Both the position numbers and the translations under genes were made by a program. Source: an uncultured Actinomycetota bacterium (lineage in GTDB: Bacteria; Actinomycetota; Actinomycetes; Propionibacteriales; Nocardioidaceae). From it: DNA of 64,000 bases. The stretch is taken from the NCBI GenBank assembly GCA_963742815.1, contig CAVUNJ010000008.1, forward strand, positions 84,925 through 148,924, read 5' to 3'. A model generated the notes under the pieces. It saw nothing but the letters and a program-made list of their open reading frames with translations. It ran no database searches and had not been told where the DNA came from. This document shows positions 7,871 through 17,654 of this stretch, in pieces (position 1 is the stretch's first letter; the number at the start of each line of letters is the position of its first letter).

Positions 7871-9391
7871 ATGCGGGACAGCGTGACGGTGGTGAAGCCC
7901 GGTGATCCGCGATACCGGGACCTGCAGCTACGGGGGAAGAACCGACGCTTCGTCGGCTCACCGGACAGCGTGCTCGTCGTGCGTGACACAGGCGATGTGG
8001 TGGCTGCGGTCGAAACCGCAGTCGCTGACGGAGGGAAGCTCGCGGTGCGCAGCGGTGGGCACTGCATGGAAGGACTTGTCGACGATCCCGCGATCGAGTG
8101 CGTGATCGATCTCGCCCAGCTGGATTCGGTGTACTACGACGCGGAACGGCGCGCGTTCGCGGTGGGGGCCGGCGCCACGTTCGGCCGGGTGTATCAAGCC
8201 CTCGACATGGGTTGGGGGGTGACCCTTCCTGGCAGCACCTGTCCCAGTGTCGGCGTGGGCGGCCACGTCACCGGCGGCGGGTTCGGGGCATTGTCACGGA
8301 CGCACGGCTGCGTGGCCGATCACCTGTACGCGGTGGAAGCAGTGGTTGTGACCGCCGACGGCCAGGTGAAAAAGGTGATCGCGACCCGTGACGAGGGAGA
8401 CCCAAATCGTGACCTGTGGTGGGCGCACACGGGAGGCGGAGGCGGGAACTTCGGCGTCGCCACGAAGTTCTGGTTCCGGAGCCGTGATGCAGAGACTGAG
8501 GATCCCGCGCTGTTGTTGCCGAAACGGCCTTCGGGGTACACCGCGGCCTCCGTTGCCTGGAAATCTGCGGACCTGAACGAGGATGCATTCACCACCCTCG
8601 CCGACAACTTCACCGGCTGGTGCGAACGAAACAGTTCCCCGGGTAGTCCCGGGGCGGCCATCTGGGGGACGTTGATCGCGTTCCGCAAGGAGTTCGGTGT
8701 CCTCATGCTGACCGGCCAGATCGACCCGGGGCAGCCGCACAGCCGCGAATCGCTCGACACGTACTTCGCCGAGGTGACCGCGAACGTCCCGAACGGAACC
8801 AGGACGACCCGAAACGACGAGCCGTGGCTCTACAACACGGTCAACCTCCCGGACACGTCCGATGTCCTGGGACTGCCGGCGACGCAGCTGCGTTCGAAGG
8901 TCAAAGGCGCATACTTGCGCTCGCCGCTGGACGCGGCGCAGACCGGGACAGCCTTCGACTACCTGACCAACGACGGCTACGACTGGCGCGGCGGAGTCAT
9001 GGGGCTCGCCACCTGGGGCGGACAGATCAACGCACTGGACCCGCAGGACACTGCATTCCCGCACCGAGACTCCACCGTCATGTTGTCGGTCGGAAGTTTC
9101 TGGGACAAACCGGATGAAGACGACAAGCATCTCAACTGGGTCCGAAGCTTCTACCGCGACTTGTTCGCCACCACCGGTGGCGTGCCCGTACCGAACGACC
9201 GGACGAGCGGGTGCTACGTCAGCTGGCCCGACCCCGATCTCAAGGACGAGAAATGGAACCGGTCAACGACGCCTTGGTCGGAGTTGTACTACCGGGCGAA
9301 CTACCCAAAGCTCCAGGAGACAAAGCGCCGGTGGGATCCCGGCGACATCTTCACCCATGCGCTGTCGATCGATCCTGGGACCGGTCGATGA
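7871..9391 (+). CDS. FAD-linked oxidoreductase, berberine-bridge-enzyme/AknOx-like family
   Basis: RSGGHC flavinylation motif, TCPSVGVGGHVTGGGFG, C-terminal YVSWPD...LYYRANYPKLQETKRRWDPGDIF BBE domain. Confidence 0.9.
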   Translation: MRDSVTVVKPGDPRYRDLQLRGKNRRFVGSPDSVLVVRDTGDVVAAVETAVADGGKLAVRSGGHCMEGLVDDPAIECVIDLAQLDSVYYDAERRAFAVGAGATFGRVYQALDMGWGVTLPGSTCPSVGVGGHVTGGGFGALSRTHGCVADHLYAVEAVVVTADGQVKKVIATRDEGDPNRDLWWAHTGGGGGNFGVATKFWFRSRDAETEDPALLLPKRPSGYTAASVAWKSADLNEDAFTTLADNFTGWCERNSSPGSPGAAIWGTLIAFRKEFGVLMLTGQIDPGQPHSRESLDTYFAEVTANVPNGTRTTRNDEPWLYNTVNLPDTSDVLGLPATQLRSKVKGAYLRSPLDAAQTGTAFDYLTNDGYDWRGGVMGLATWGGQINALDPQDTAFPHRDSTVMLSVGSFWDKPDEDDKHLNWVRSFYRDLFATTGGVPVPNDRTSGCYVSWPDPDLKDEKWNRSTTPWSELYYRANYPKLQETKRRWDPGDIFTHALSIDPGTGR

Positions 9392-9663
9392 ACGCATTCG
9401 CGGAAACGCTCACCGTTTGGCAAGCCCTCGACCTCACCTTGGCGTTGCGTAATGCTGCCTCCGCCGCTGAGCACCTGGAAACCTCGGACCAGCCCCCCGT
9501 GGTTCTGACCTCGGTCAACTGTGGAGACCGGTCACTGAACGTGGGAATAGCACGATCCAGTGAGACAGGCGAGGTCGTCGTGCACATCAGCCACGGACCT
9601 GCCCACCCCACCCCTGCAGCGCCCAACACCGGCGGTGACCGTGCGCGTGACGGAGCAGACTGA
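9388..9663 (+). CDS. 91-aa hypothetical protein translationally coupled to the oxidase
   Basis: ATGA overlap with the oxidase stop; no recognisable motif. Confidence 0.45.
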   Translation: MNAFAETLTVWQALDLTLALRNAASAAEHLETSDQPPVVLTSVNCGDRSLNVGIARSSETGEVVVHISHGPAHPTPAAPNTGGDRARDGAD

Positions 9664-9719
9664 GCAGCGAAACCCTTCCCTCAGCTGTTGACCGGCGGGA
9701 CCGGCCTATCGTGGGGGGC

Positions 9720-9881
9720 GTGGTCACCTGTTCGTTCTGCGGAGCCTCAGCCGGGTCGGAGCCGCCCCCGATCACCTGGACGTCCGCGTTCGAGAACGGT
9801 GAGCAGCGGTGGTACTGCGACGACTGCTCACGCACCCACTTGCGCGCCATCGAGAGCAAGCTCGACCCCGAGTACTGGTGA
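9720..9881 (+). CDS. 53-aa CxxC...CxxC zinc-binding miniprotein (Rv3196A-like)
   Basis: Manually translated MVTCSFCGASAGSEPPPITWTSAFENGEQRWYCDDCSRTHLRAIESKLDPEYW; below the ORF-track cut-off; convergent on the ABC1 kinase gene. Confidence 0.8.
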   Translation: MVTCSFCGASAGSEPPPITWTSAFENGEQRWYCDDCSRTHLRAIESKLDPEYW

Positions 9882-9893
9882 GCCCGCGCGGCA

Positions 9894-11225
9894 CTAGTCG
9901 GCGAACCCCGGCAACGATTCCAGCATCACCTGGCGGAACGGGACCCGGGCCTCGAGCTGGCTCAAGACGCCGATGCCACCCGCGAAGGTGCGGTGGATCA
10001 GCATGTACGCCGGGGGCAGGTTCAGTCGCAACATCACCGGATAGGCGTCTCCACGCGGATCGTTGAGCCGGCGGAACTGCTCCTGCATCCAGGTTCGAGA
10101 GAAGTGGAACTCCTCGGAGCTCGCCGGCTCGATGAACGGACCCAGGTAGGCGCGGAGCTGATCGGCGTCGATGTGGATCCGCTCGCGGATGAAACCCTCG
10201 TCGCGCAAGGCGGTCACGAGCTGCTCGTAGTCCTCCATGGTCGCGATCCGGATCAAGGCGCCGAGGGATCGCGGCAGCTGCCGGTCGGGCAGGCGCGCCA
10301 CGGCGCCGAAGTCGAGGACGCCGAGCCTGCCGGGGCTGCCGTCCTCGGCGGGCAGGAGCCGGAAGTTTCCCGGGTGGGGGTCGGCGTGCAGCATCGCGGT
10401 CCGGAGCGGTGCCTCGAACATGAAGCGCAGGAAGAGGTAGCCGTAGTGGTCCCGCTCGGCCTGGGTGCCCGTGCGGATCGTGCGCGCCAGGGAGTCGGGG
10501 CTCTGCATCCACTCGGTGACCAGCACCGTTCCGGCTGCAGCCACCACGTCAGGGACGACGATGTCCGGGTCATCACGGAACTCGAGGGCGAACGCCCGCT
10601 GGGCCTCCGCCTCGAGCTGGTAGTCGAGCTCCTCGACCGCGCGCGCCTGCAGCTCGGCGATCAGCGGCTTGATGTCCAGACCAGGCACCAAGGGACCCAG
10701 CCCTCTTGCCACCCGGGCAAGCTGACGCAGGTCGGAGGTCAGCGCCTCGGCGGAGCCGGGGTACTGCACCTTGACCGCCACCTCGCGGCCGTCCGCCCAC
10801 CTTCCCCTGTGCACCTGGCCGATGGAGGCCGCGGCGGCCGGGACCGGGTCCAGCTCGACCAGGTGGTCCTTCCAGTCCGCTCCCAGCTCGCGGCTCAGGA
10901 TCTCGCGCACCGTCATGGTCGGCATCGGTGGCGCGGAGTCCTGCAGTCTGGTCAGCTGCTCGCGGTACGGCGCGGCCAGCTCGTCGGGCAGCGCCGCTTC
11001 GAAGATCGACATCGCCTGGCCGAACTTCATCGCTCCACCCTTGAGATCGCCGAGCGTGCGGAAGAGCTGCTCGGCGGTGCGCTGCTGGACCTCCGTGAGC
11101 ACGGCCTCGGCCGAGGCGCCGCCCATTCGCTTGCCGAACCCGAGCGCCGTGCGACCGGCGTACCCCAGCGGCAGCGCAGCCAGCTTGGCTGTGCGTGCGG
11201 CTGCCTTCCGGGGGAGCTCGCTCAC
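9894..11225 (-). CDS. ABC1/AarF/UbiB-family atypical kinase (Rv3197-like)
   Basis: LKGGAMKFGQ, AAASIGQVHRG, VAVKVQYPG, HADPHPGNF, LDFG; start GTG 11225 (MSELPRK). Confidence 0.92.
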   Translation of the reverse strand: MSELPRKAAARTAKLAALPLGYAGRTALGFGKRMGGASAEAVLTEVQQRTAEQLFRTLGDLKGGAMKFGQAMSIFEAALPDELAAPYREQLTRLQDSAPPMPTMTVREILSRELGADWKDHLVELDPVPAAAASIGQVHRGRWADGREVAVKVQYPGSAEALTSDLRQLARVARGLGPLVPGLDIKPLIAELQARAVEELDYQLEAEAQRAFALEFRDDPDIVVPDVVAAAGTVLVTEWMQSPDSLARTIRTGTQAERDHYGYLFLRFMFEAPLRTAMLHADPHPGNFRLLPAEDGSPGRLGVLDFGAVARLPDRQLPRSLGALIRIATMEDYEQLVTALRDEGFIRERIHIDADQLRAYLGPFIEPASSEEFHFSRTWMQEQFRRLNDPRGDAYPVMLRLNLPPAYMLIHRTFAGGIGVLSQLEARVPFRQVMLESLPGFAD

Positions 11226-11310
11226 GCGAGACCCCGGCATGATGGGCGGGTCATGCCTCCATGGTGCCCGACGGTCGGGAAATACCCGACCAAATCCCCT
11301 GCGTGCGCGT

Positions 11311-14300
11311 TCAGTGCAGCACCACGCTGAAGCTGACCCCGCGGATCGAGAAGGAGTTCGCGATGGCGGTGAGCCCACCGACATTCCCCGAGACGGGTCC
11401 GTTGCTGTCGACCAGCAGCCCCGACATGTGTCCCGACCCAGTGTGCGACAGGGTGTTGCGCACCATCTGTCCGCCAGGAGCAGTCCAGCCGCTCGTGGCG
11501 GAGGACTCGTCGGCCCAGTAGGTCACCAGCCAGTTGCTGCCAGCGGGTGCGGTCACCGGAGGTGAGGTGTGCGCGGTTCCTCCCGCATCCTGCCCGGAGG
11601 CCGAGGCGGCAACAGGAGTGGTGGCGTCCGTGCCCCGGTAGGCCGCGACAGTGATCTGGGACTTGGCGAAGCCGGACGACGTGACCCGAACAGTCGCGCC
11701 CGCGGCGGCGTCGGTAGTGGTCGCCACCTTGGAGTAGGCCCGACCTGCCGTGCCACCCCCACTGGTGCTTCCGATCTGGGTCCACCCGGCGGGGCCCGTA
11801 TAGGTGGGGTTCGTCGTGTTGGCCGCGAAGAACACCACCAGGACGTCGCCAGCCTCGACCGGCGCGGGGATCGGCACGATGTGGTTCTCGCGGTTGCCGA
11901 CCGTGCTGGCCGAGTCGATGAAGGAGATCGGGCTGGTGACGTCACTCGGACTGATGGTCTGCGAGAACTCGTCGGTCTCGCCTTCGTCGTCGGTCACGGT
12001 GAGTGTCACGATGCGTTGCCCGGCACCGGCGTAGGTGTGGGTGGCGTTCTCCCCTGAGATCGAGTCGGTCTCGCCGTCACCGAAGTCCCAGACGTAGGCC
12101 TCGATGTCGCCGTCTGGATCGTCCGACGCGGTCCCGTCGTACGAGCACTCGAGCAGGTTGCACGTGATCGTGGCCTGAGCCGTCGGCGGCTGGTTGGGCG
12201 GGACCGCCGGGTCGATGTTCCGGGTGGTGGTGCCGGTCGCCCCCTGACCGTCAGTGACGGTGAGTGTCACGATGCGCGGCCCCGGGCCAGGGTAGGTGTG
12301 CGTGGTGGTCGCTCCAGTGCCGGTTTCGCCCGGGTCGCCGAAGTCCCATGCGTAGGCGTTGATGTCGTTCTCCGGGTCGGTGGACGCGGTGCCGTTGAAG
12401 GTGCACGTCAGGCCGGTGCAGGTGACCGTGGCGGCTGCGGTGGGAGGCAGGTTCTGCGGGTTGATCGACCGCATGGTGGTGCCGGTCTCGCCCACACCGT
12501 CGGTGACGGTGAGGGTCACCGTGCGCGGCCCTGAGCTGGGATAGGTGTGGGTGGTGGTCGCTCCAGTGCCGGTCGCTCCCGGGTCGCCGAAGTCCCAGGC
12601 GTAGGAGTCGATGTCGTTCTCCGGATCGCTGGATGCGGTGCCGTTGAAGGTGCAGGTCAGGCCGGTGCAGGTGACGGTCGCTGCTGCCGTGGGGGGTTGG
12701 TTCTGCGGGTTGATCAGCCGCGTGGTGGTGTCGGTCTCGCCACCTCCGTCGGTGACCGTGAGGGTCACGGTGCGTGGGCCCTCGGATGGGTAGGTGTGGG
12801 TGGTGGTCGCTCCCGTTCCGGTCTGGCCCGGGTCGCCGAAGGTCCAGGCGTAGGAGTCGATGTCGTTCTCCGGGTCGGTGGACGCGGTGCCGTTGAAGGT
12901 GCAGGTCAGGCCGGTGCAGGTGACGGTCGCAGAGGCGGTGGGGGGCTCGTTCTCCGTTGGGATGGCCTCGCCGGCGTACACGAACATCGACCGCGAGGCC
13001 CAGTTCTGCGTGTCCCGGCCCGGCCCGGAGACCTGCACCGACGTACCGGCGACCGGAGAGCGGCCGGACCAGTCCGCTCGGAACAGCTGGCCAGTGGTGT
13101 TGGAGTAGTAGAACTTGTCGTTCGCGACGAACGCCCCGCGGATGGTGGAGTAGTTGATGCCGCTCACCGCTGCGATGGTGAAGCGCTGCTGGCCGACGAT
13201 GTCACTCTCCGGCTCGAAACCTCGCCTGAACATCGTCGTCTGCCCGGACCTGGTGAAGAAGATCTCGCCGTTGTAGTAGAAGAGGCTCGTCAGGGTGGGC
13301 ACATCGGTGTTGTGCCAGTCGGTCTGGTTGACGAGCTGGTCCGCGGTGTTGACCGGGGATGCGGTGCCGTCCTCGATGCCGTCGAAGGTCCGCTTGGTCA
13401 CCAGCCCGTTGCTGGCCGCGGTGTAGAGCACCCCGTTGGACATGAACGCCCCGACGGTCGTGCCCCACGACACCGATGGAGGAAGCGTGATCACCGGCGT
13501 CGGCGTGGTGGCTGTCGTGCCGGTGAATTCTCTTCGGTTCAGCACTGCGCCGCCACTGCTGACGGAGTACACCGTCGCGGGCAGCGTCGGGTTGCTCATG
13601 ATCGGCAGGGTCTCGCCGCCCGCGAGGGGGAGCAGGGCGATCCGGGCGTGGTACTCGTAGGCGCCGATCCGGTCGGTGTCGGAACCGACCCAGAGGCCCT
13701 GGCTGGTGGCGAGCATGTCCTGGACGCCGACGCCGCGGGTGCGGGTCGGGTTCCAGGACCACGGCATCCCGTTGACCGCGTTGAGTCCGCCGATGCCGGG
13801 GCGGGAGACCGCGCCCTGGTTGGCGACGTTCGCCCCGATCGGGTTGTTCTGCCAGCTCTGGTGACCGCCGACGTACACGACGTTGTCGGTGACCTCGACG
13901 GTCCAGGTCGAGTCACCGCCGGTGTAGGCGGTCCAGGTCGCCCTGGACGCCGAGGAGGTGCTGCTGCTCTCGAACCTTGCCACCACGTCGCAGCCGTTGC
14001 CACCGGTGGCGCTGCTCATGCCGCCCCATGCAGCGGTCGTCGAGACGACGAAGAACTGGCCGTTCGGCGAGTACTCCACGTCGGTCATGATGGTGTCGAA
14101 GTTGGGTGAGCACGACGACGTGAACAAGGTGGTGTACCAGGGCGCCAGGGCGTAGGAGCTTGCGCCGGAGATGTCGATCTGCGCGATCTGGGAGCGGGCC
14201 TGCCCGTTCACGCTGGTGAAGTTGCCCACGGCGACGAGCTGGGTGTTGGTCCGGTTGCTCGAGATCTGCAGGACATTGGTGCGGTCCCCGGTGTAGACGG

Positions 14301-14979
14301 CGGGGTTGCGGTGCGTGCCCGCCAGTACGCCGGTGAAGAAGTTGTTGTACTTCCCATCGTCGGCGTTGATGGTGCCGAGCGCCCGCTGTGCGACGCCGCC
14401 GATGTGGGTGAACTTGCCAGCAACCCAGAGCCGGTCTCCGATGACCTCCAGGTCACGGATGTCCCCGCTGAACGTCGACGGCCGGAAGAGGGGGTCGCGT
14501 GTCCCGGCGGCCACGTGGGCCTTGAACAGGCGGCTGGGCATGGACACGCCGTACGCGGAGCTGAAACGGCCACCGACGTAGACCGACTGCCCGTCCTCGG
14601 CCGCCTGGACCTTGTAGACGGTGCTGTTCGGGTCGGGCACGAACGTGGTGCTGATAGCACCAGAGGTGGCGTTGAACGCGAAGATGTTGCGGCGCGTCAG
14701 GATGGCGCCTCCGTTGGCGGGCTGGACCTGGCTGAAACTGCCGCCGACCACGATCATGTTGCCGACCTGGACGATCGAGTAGACGGTGCCCTGCAGGATG
14801 TGTGGCGTGAAGCCCGCCGGGTTGTCACTCACGATCATCCCGGTCTGCGGGTGCGAGTTGCCGGCCGTCGCCGCATTGCCAGGCGGGGAGAAGATGACTC
14901 CGAGCAGAAGGCTCGCCAAAGCGAAGGAGAGGACTCCCCGGATCTTTCGCACCACTACCCCCGGCAACGCGTTAGGCAC
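11311..14979 (-). CDS. Large secreted PKD-repeat surface protein
   Basis: N-terminal signal peptide, beta-rich propeller-like region, four PKD domains (NxPPTA...YAWDFGD...HTY...VTLTVTD), beta-rich C-terminal domain. Confidence 0.85.
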   Translation of the reverse strand: MPNALPGVVVRKIRGVLSFALASLLLGVIFSPPGNAATAGNSHPQTGMIVSDNPAGFTPHILQGTVYSIVQVGNMIVVGGSFSQVQPANGGAILTRRNIFAFNATSGAISTTFVPDPNSTVYKVQAAEDGQSVYVGGRFSSAYGVSMPSRLFKAHVAAGTRDPLFRPSTFSGDIRDLEVIGDRLWVAGKFTHIGGVAQRALGTINADDGKYNNFFTGVLAGTHRNPAVYTGDRTNVLQISSNRTNTQLVAVGNFTSVNGQARSQIAQIDISGASSYALAPWYTTLFTSSCSPNFDTIMTDVEYSPNGQFFVVSTTAAWGGMSSATGGNGCDVVARFESSSTSSASRATWTAYTGGDSTWTVEVTDNVVYVGGHQSWQNNPIGANVANQGAVSRPGIGGLNAVNGMPWSWNPTRTRGVGVQDMLATSQGLWVGSDTDRIGAYEYHARIALLPLAGGETLPIMSNPTLPATVYSVSSGGAVLNRREFTGTTATTPTPVITLPPSVSWGTTVGAFMSNGVLYTAASNGLVTKRTFDGIEDGTASPVNTADQLVNQTDWHNTDVPTLTSLFYYNGEIFFTRSGQTTMFRRGFEPESDIVGQQRFTIAAVSGINYSTIRGAFVANDKFYYSNTTGQLFRADWSGRSPVAGTSVQVSGPGRDTQNWASRSMFVYAGEAIPTENEPPTASATVTCTGLTCTFNGTASTDPENDIDSYAWTFGDPGQTGTGATTTHTYPSEGPRTVTLTVTDGGGETDTTTRLINPQNQPPTAAATVTCTGLTCTFNGTASSDPENDIDSYAWDFGDPGATGTGATTTHTYPSSGPRTVTLTVTDGVGETGTTMRSINPQNLPPTAAATVTCTGLTCTFNGTASTDPENDINAYAWDFGDPGETGTGATTTHTYPGPGPRIVTLTVTDGQGATGTTTRNIDPAVPPNQPPTAQATITCNLLECSYDGTASDDPDGDIEAYVWDFGDGETDSISGENATHTYAGAGQRIVTLTVTDDEGETDEFSQTISPSDVTSPISFIDSASTVGNRENHIVPIPAPVEAGDVLVVFFAANTTNPTYTGPAGWTQIGSTSGGGTAGRAYSKVATTTDAAAGATVRVTSSGFAKSQITVAAYRGTDATTPVAASASGQDAGGTAHTSPPVTAPAGSNWLVTYWADESSATSGWTAPGGQMVRNTLSHTGSGHMSGLLVDSNGPVSGNVGGLTAIANSFSIRGVSFSVVLH
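12200..12950 (-). repeat. Three near-identical 249-bp PKD-encoding repeats
   Basis: TAGG(A/C)GT(C/T)GATGTCGTTCTCCGG recurs at 12353, 12602 and 12851. Confidence 0.85.
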
Positions 14980-15125
14980 GGTCGAGTCGCCCGAGGACCG
15001 CTGCGATGATTATGGGTACGCCGTAATCCAGTTGAAAGCGAAATCTCGTGCCAGGGATGTAATCAGGCAGATGCGCCCTGACTGGTCTAGGCATCGACCG
15101 CCCCAAAAGGGGATGTGTCGGACAA

Positions 15126-15932
15126 TCAGCAGTCGGCCAGATCTTGAGTCGGCCAGCTGCAGCCACATCGGGGGTGCCGCAACCACGCATGCTCGCTCCG
15201 CTGCACCGGCTCCGCGGCCAGCTGGACGGTGCGGGACCAGGTCGAGGGCTCACGTCCGTCGAGGTGGGCCACGACGTCTCGCACCGCCCACGAGAGGGCG
15301 ACCGAGGTCAGTGCCGGGTCCAGGTCGGGGACCCCGTCAGGTCGTGCGCACTCAGTGGCCCGGACATAGCGAGCCGTCACCGCGACGTGGTCGGGGTCGA
15401 GCACGCTCTGGTGCGCGTCGATGCAGCGCAGGCACGCGGTCACGCCTGGCACCACGAAAGGGCCGAGGACGGCACCGCCGTCGACCATGCGTACGACGAG
15501 ATGGCTGGCCCTGCTGCGGATCAGGGGGTCGAGGCGATCTCGGTCGATCTCGCCGGGACTCAGCACCAGAACCACGTCTGCACGGAAGGTCGACGACGTG
15601 ATCGCGACATCGGCGGTTGCCAGGAGCTCGCCAACGTCCGGGAGGCCAGGGATCTCGAACTGGCCGAGGACGGCCACGGCTCGGCGGCCTATGCGGGCCG
15701 GACGCTCCCATGCCAGGCACCCGTTTCGGTCGAGCTCGTCGAGTGCGGCGGCGCCGGCCGGGTCAGCATCAGTCGTGAGGACTCCACGCTCGAGGAGCAT
15801 TGCGATGGCGTGCGTGACGCCCTCGGTCCGGGGGAGCAGCACCCGGCGGCCGTCGTACAGCCCGACCTGCAGGTGGTCGCGCCCGCGCCTGACCACGCGC
15901 AGTCCGGGGGCAAGGTGCGGACGGGAGTCCAT
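15126..15932 (-). CDS. ThiF-like / TOMM leader-binding-domain protein (Rv3196-like)
   Basis: HLVVRM...LGPFVVPGVTACLRC...HPRCGC zinc motifs; conserved position near the ABC1 kinase. Confidence 0.8.
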   Translation of the reverse strand: MDSRPHLAPGLRVVRRGRDHLQVGLYDGRRVLLPRTEGVTHAIAMLLERGVLTTDADPAGAAALDELDRNGCLAWERPARIGRRAVAVLGQFEIPGLPDVGELLATADVAITSSTFRADVVLVLSPGEIDRDRLDPLIRSRASHLVVRMVDGGAVLGPFVVPGVTACLRCIDAHQSVLDPDHVAVTARYVRATECARPDGVPDLDPALTSVALSWAVRDVVAHLDGREPSTWSRTVQLAAEPVQRSEHAWLRHPRCGCSWPTQDLADC

Positions 15933-16083
15933 GCCGGGACGCTAGGCGGCGTCAGCACAGGTGCGAAATGCCAATCCACAGGCGCAGGATCACAGGCAGG
16001 GGCCACAGGAACGACGACGGCGGGTCCCTCGAAGAGAGGGAGCCCGCCGTGCCTGGTGGCCACTAGTCGGATCGAAGCTTGGA

Positions 16084-16242
16084 TCAGGCCTTGCCGAGGA
16101 TGCGGTTCAGGTTCGTGCCGCAGACCGGGCAGACACCCTTGGCCATCCGGGTGCCCTTGTCGTTGACCCTGACCTCGCCCTCAGCTTCGCGCTTGGCCTT
16201 GCACTTCACGCAGTAGAACTCGCCGCTCCAGGTTTCCGCCAT
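16084..16242 (-). CDS. DUF5679-type zinc-ribbon miniprotein (52 aa)
   Basis: Manually translated MAETWSGEFYCVKCKAKREAEGEVRVNDKGTRMAKGVCPVCGTNLNRILGKA; SD GAGGAGG. Confidence 0.85.
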   Translation of the reverse strand: MAETWSGEFYCVKCKAKREAEGEVRVNDKGTRMAKGVCPVCGTNLNRILGKA

Positions 16243-16404
16243 GGCGGCCTCCTCATCATTCATCTGGTCGTCTCAGCGGGAGCGTCCGGGGAAACCCGCC
16301 GGGGTTCGTGCTCGAACCTCGTTTGACCCTAGACCACGCTCAGGCTCAATCCACGCAGGGAGGGCCCGGGCGCCAAGCGTGTCCCGCGGCGGTAATCTCC
16401 GCGC

Positions 16405-17220
16405 ATGGCAGCGAATCCGGACCCGAAACGAAGCCTGCAACACCTACGCCTCGAGCGCCCGGCGGAGGGCGTGGCCCGGTTGGTTCTCGACAACCCCTCG
16501 CAGCGCAACGCCATGTCGGACCAGATGACAGCGTCCTGGGTGGCTGCCGTCGAAGAGCTGTCCGCGGACCGCTCGGTGCGCGTCGTGGTGGTCACGGGAG
16601 AGGGCACCGCCTTCTGCTCCGGCGGCAACACCGGCTGGATTGCGAGCGAGCCCGAGGCCGAGGTCGACTACCTCCGCACCCGGATGATGGCGTTCTACCG
16701 GGCCTGGCTGTCGATCCGCGAGCTCGAGGTGCCCACCATCGCCGCGGTCAACGGCCATGCGATCGGAGCCGGCCTGTGCGTGGCACTGGCCTGCGACATC
16801 CGGTACGCCGCCTCGGGGGCCAAGCTCGGCGCGCCCTTCGTCAAGCTCGGGATGCACCCCGGGATGGCCGCGACCTACCTGCTGCCCGACGCGGTCGGCG
16901 AGGCGAACGCGCGCGAGCTGTTGTTGACGGGACGCACCGTGGAGGCGGAGGAAGCGCGTCAGCTGGGGCTGGTCTCACAGGTCTTCGACGCGGCCGACTT
17001 CGGCACCAGGGTCGACGAGATCGCTGCAGGAATCGCTGCCACCGCCCCGATCCCGAGCCGTTACACCAAGGTCGCGCTTCGCGACGGCGGCCACCGGAAC
17101 ATCGAGTCGAGCGTGCAGTGGGAGGCACTGGCTCAGCCGGTCACCCTGGCCACCGCCGACCTCCAGGAAGGCATCGCCGCCGCCGGTGAGAAGCGGGCCC
17201 CGCAGTTCCGAGGTCGCTAG
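16405..17220 (+). CDS. Enoyl-CoA hydratase/isomerase family protein
   Basis: AFCSGG, PTIAAVNGHAIGAG, ACDIRYA, GMHPG crotonase motifs. Confidence 0.92.
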   Translation: MAANPDPKRSLQHLRLERPAEGVARLVLDNPSQRNAMSDQMTASWVAAVEELSADRSVRVVVVTGEGTAFCSGGNTGWIASEPEAEVDYLRTRMMAFYRAWLSIRELEVPTIAAVNGHAIGAGLCVALACDIRYAASGAKLGAPFVKLGMHPGMAATYLLPDAVGEANARELLLTGRTVEAEEARQLGLVSQVFDAADFGTRVDEIAAGIAATAPIPSRYTKVALRDGGHRNIESSVQWEALAQPVTLATADLQEGIAAAGEKRAPQFRGR

Positions 17221-17249
17221 TGGTCATCGACGAACTCCGTCGATGACCA

Positions 17250-17654
17250 CTAGTCAACAACGGGTGTCGGGCCTCGCAGGCTCTCGAAAATGCTCTCGAG
17301 GCGCGGGATCAGGCTCTTCACCAGGTCTGACTTCTCCAGATAGCCGTGTGCGCCGGCGTCGAGGGCTCCCCTGCCGGCCGTCGCGAACGGGTAGCCGGAC
17401 AGCATCACGACCACGGCATCCGGGGCGGCTGCACGGATGAGCGGCAGCGCCTGCATCCCGTCCATGACCGGCATTGCGATGTCGAGCAGCACGAGATCGG
17501 GCTGGCTCGTCCGGGCCACGGCGACCGCCTCCTGGCCCTCGGCGGCGGTGGCGACCACCTGCCAACCACCGGGGTGTCGGTCGATGACCATGCTGATCAA
17601 GGTCCTCAAGTCGGCGGAATCGTCCACGACCAGCACGAGGAGGTTGTCCGTCAT
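17250..17654 (-). CDS. Stand-alone response-regulator receiver
   Basis: VLVVDD, PDLVLLDIAMPVMDG, VVMLS, GYLEK; no output domain. Confidence 0.9.
   Translation of the reverse strand: MTDNLLVLVVDDSADLRTLISMVIDRHPGGWQVVATAAEGQEAVAVARTSQPDLVLLDIAMPVMDGMQALPLIRAAAPDAVVVMLSGYPFATAGRGALDAGAHGYLEKSDLVKSLIPRLESIFESLRGPTPVVD

Noticed and set aside
15126-16242. TOMM/RiPP biosynthetic cluster
   Set aside because: No YcaO, dehydrogenase or Ser/Cys-rich precursor; the gene is a conserved backbone gene.
16312-16326. LexA SOS box TCGAAC-CTC-GTTTGA
   Set aside because: The spacer is 3 bp rather than 4 and there is a mismatch; the flanking genes are not repair genes.
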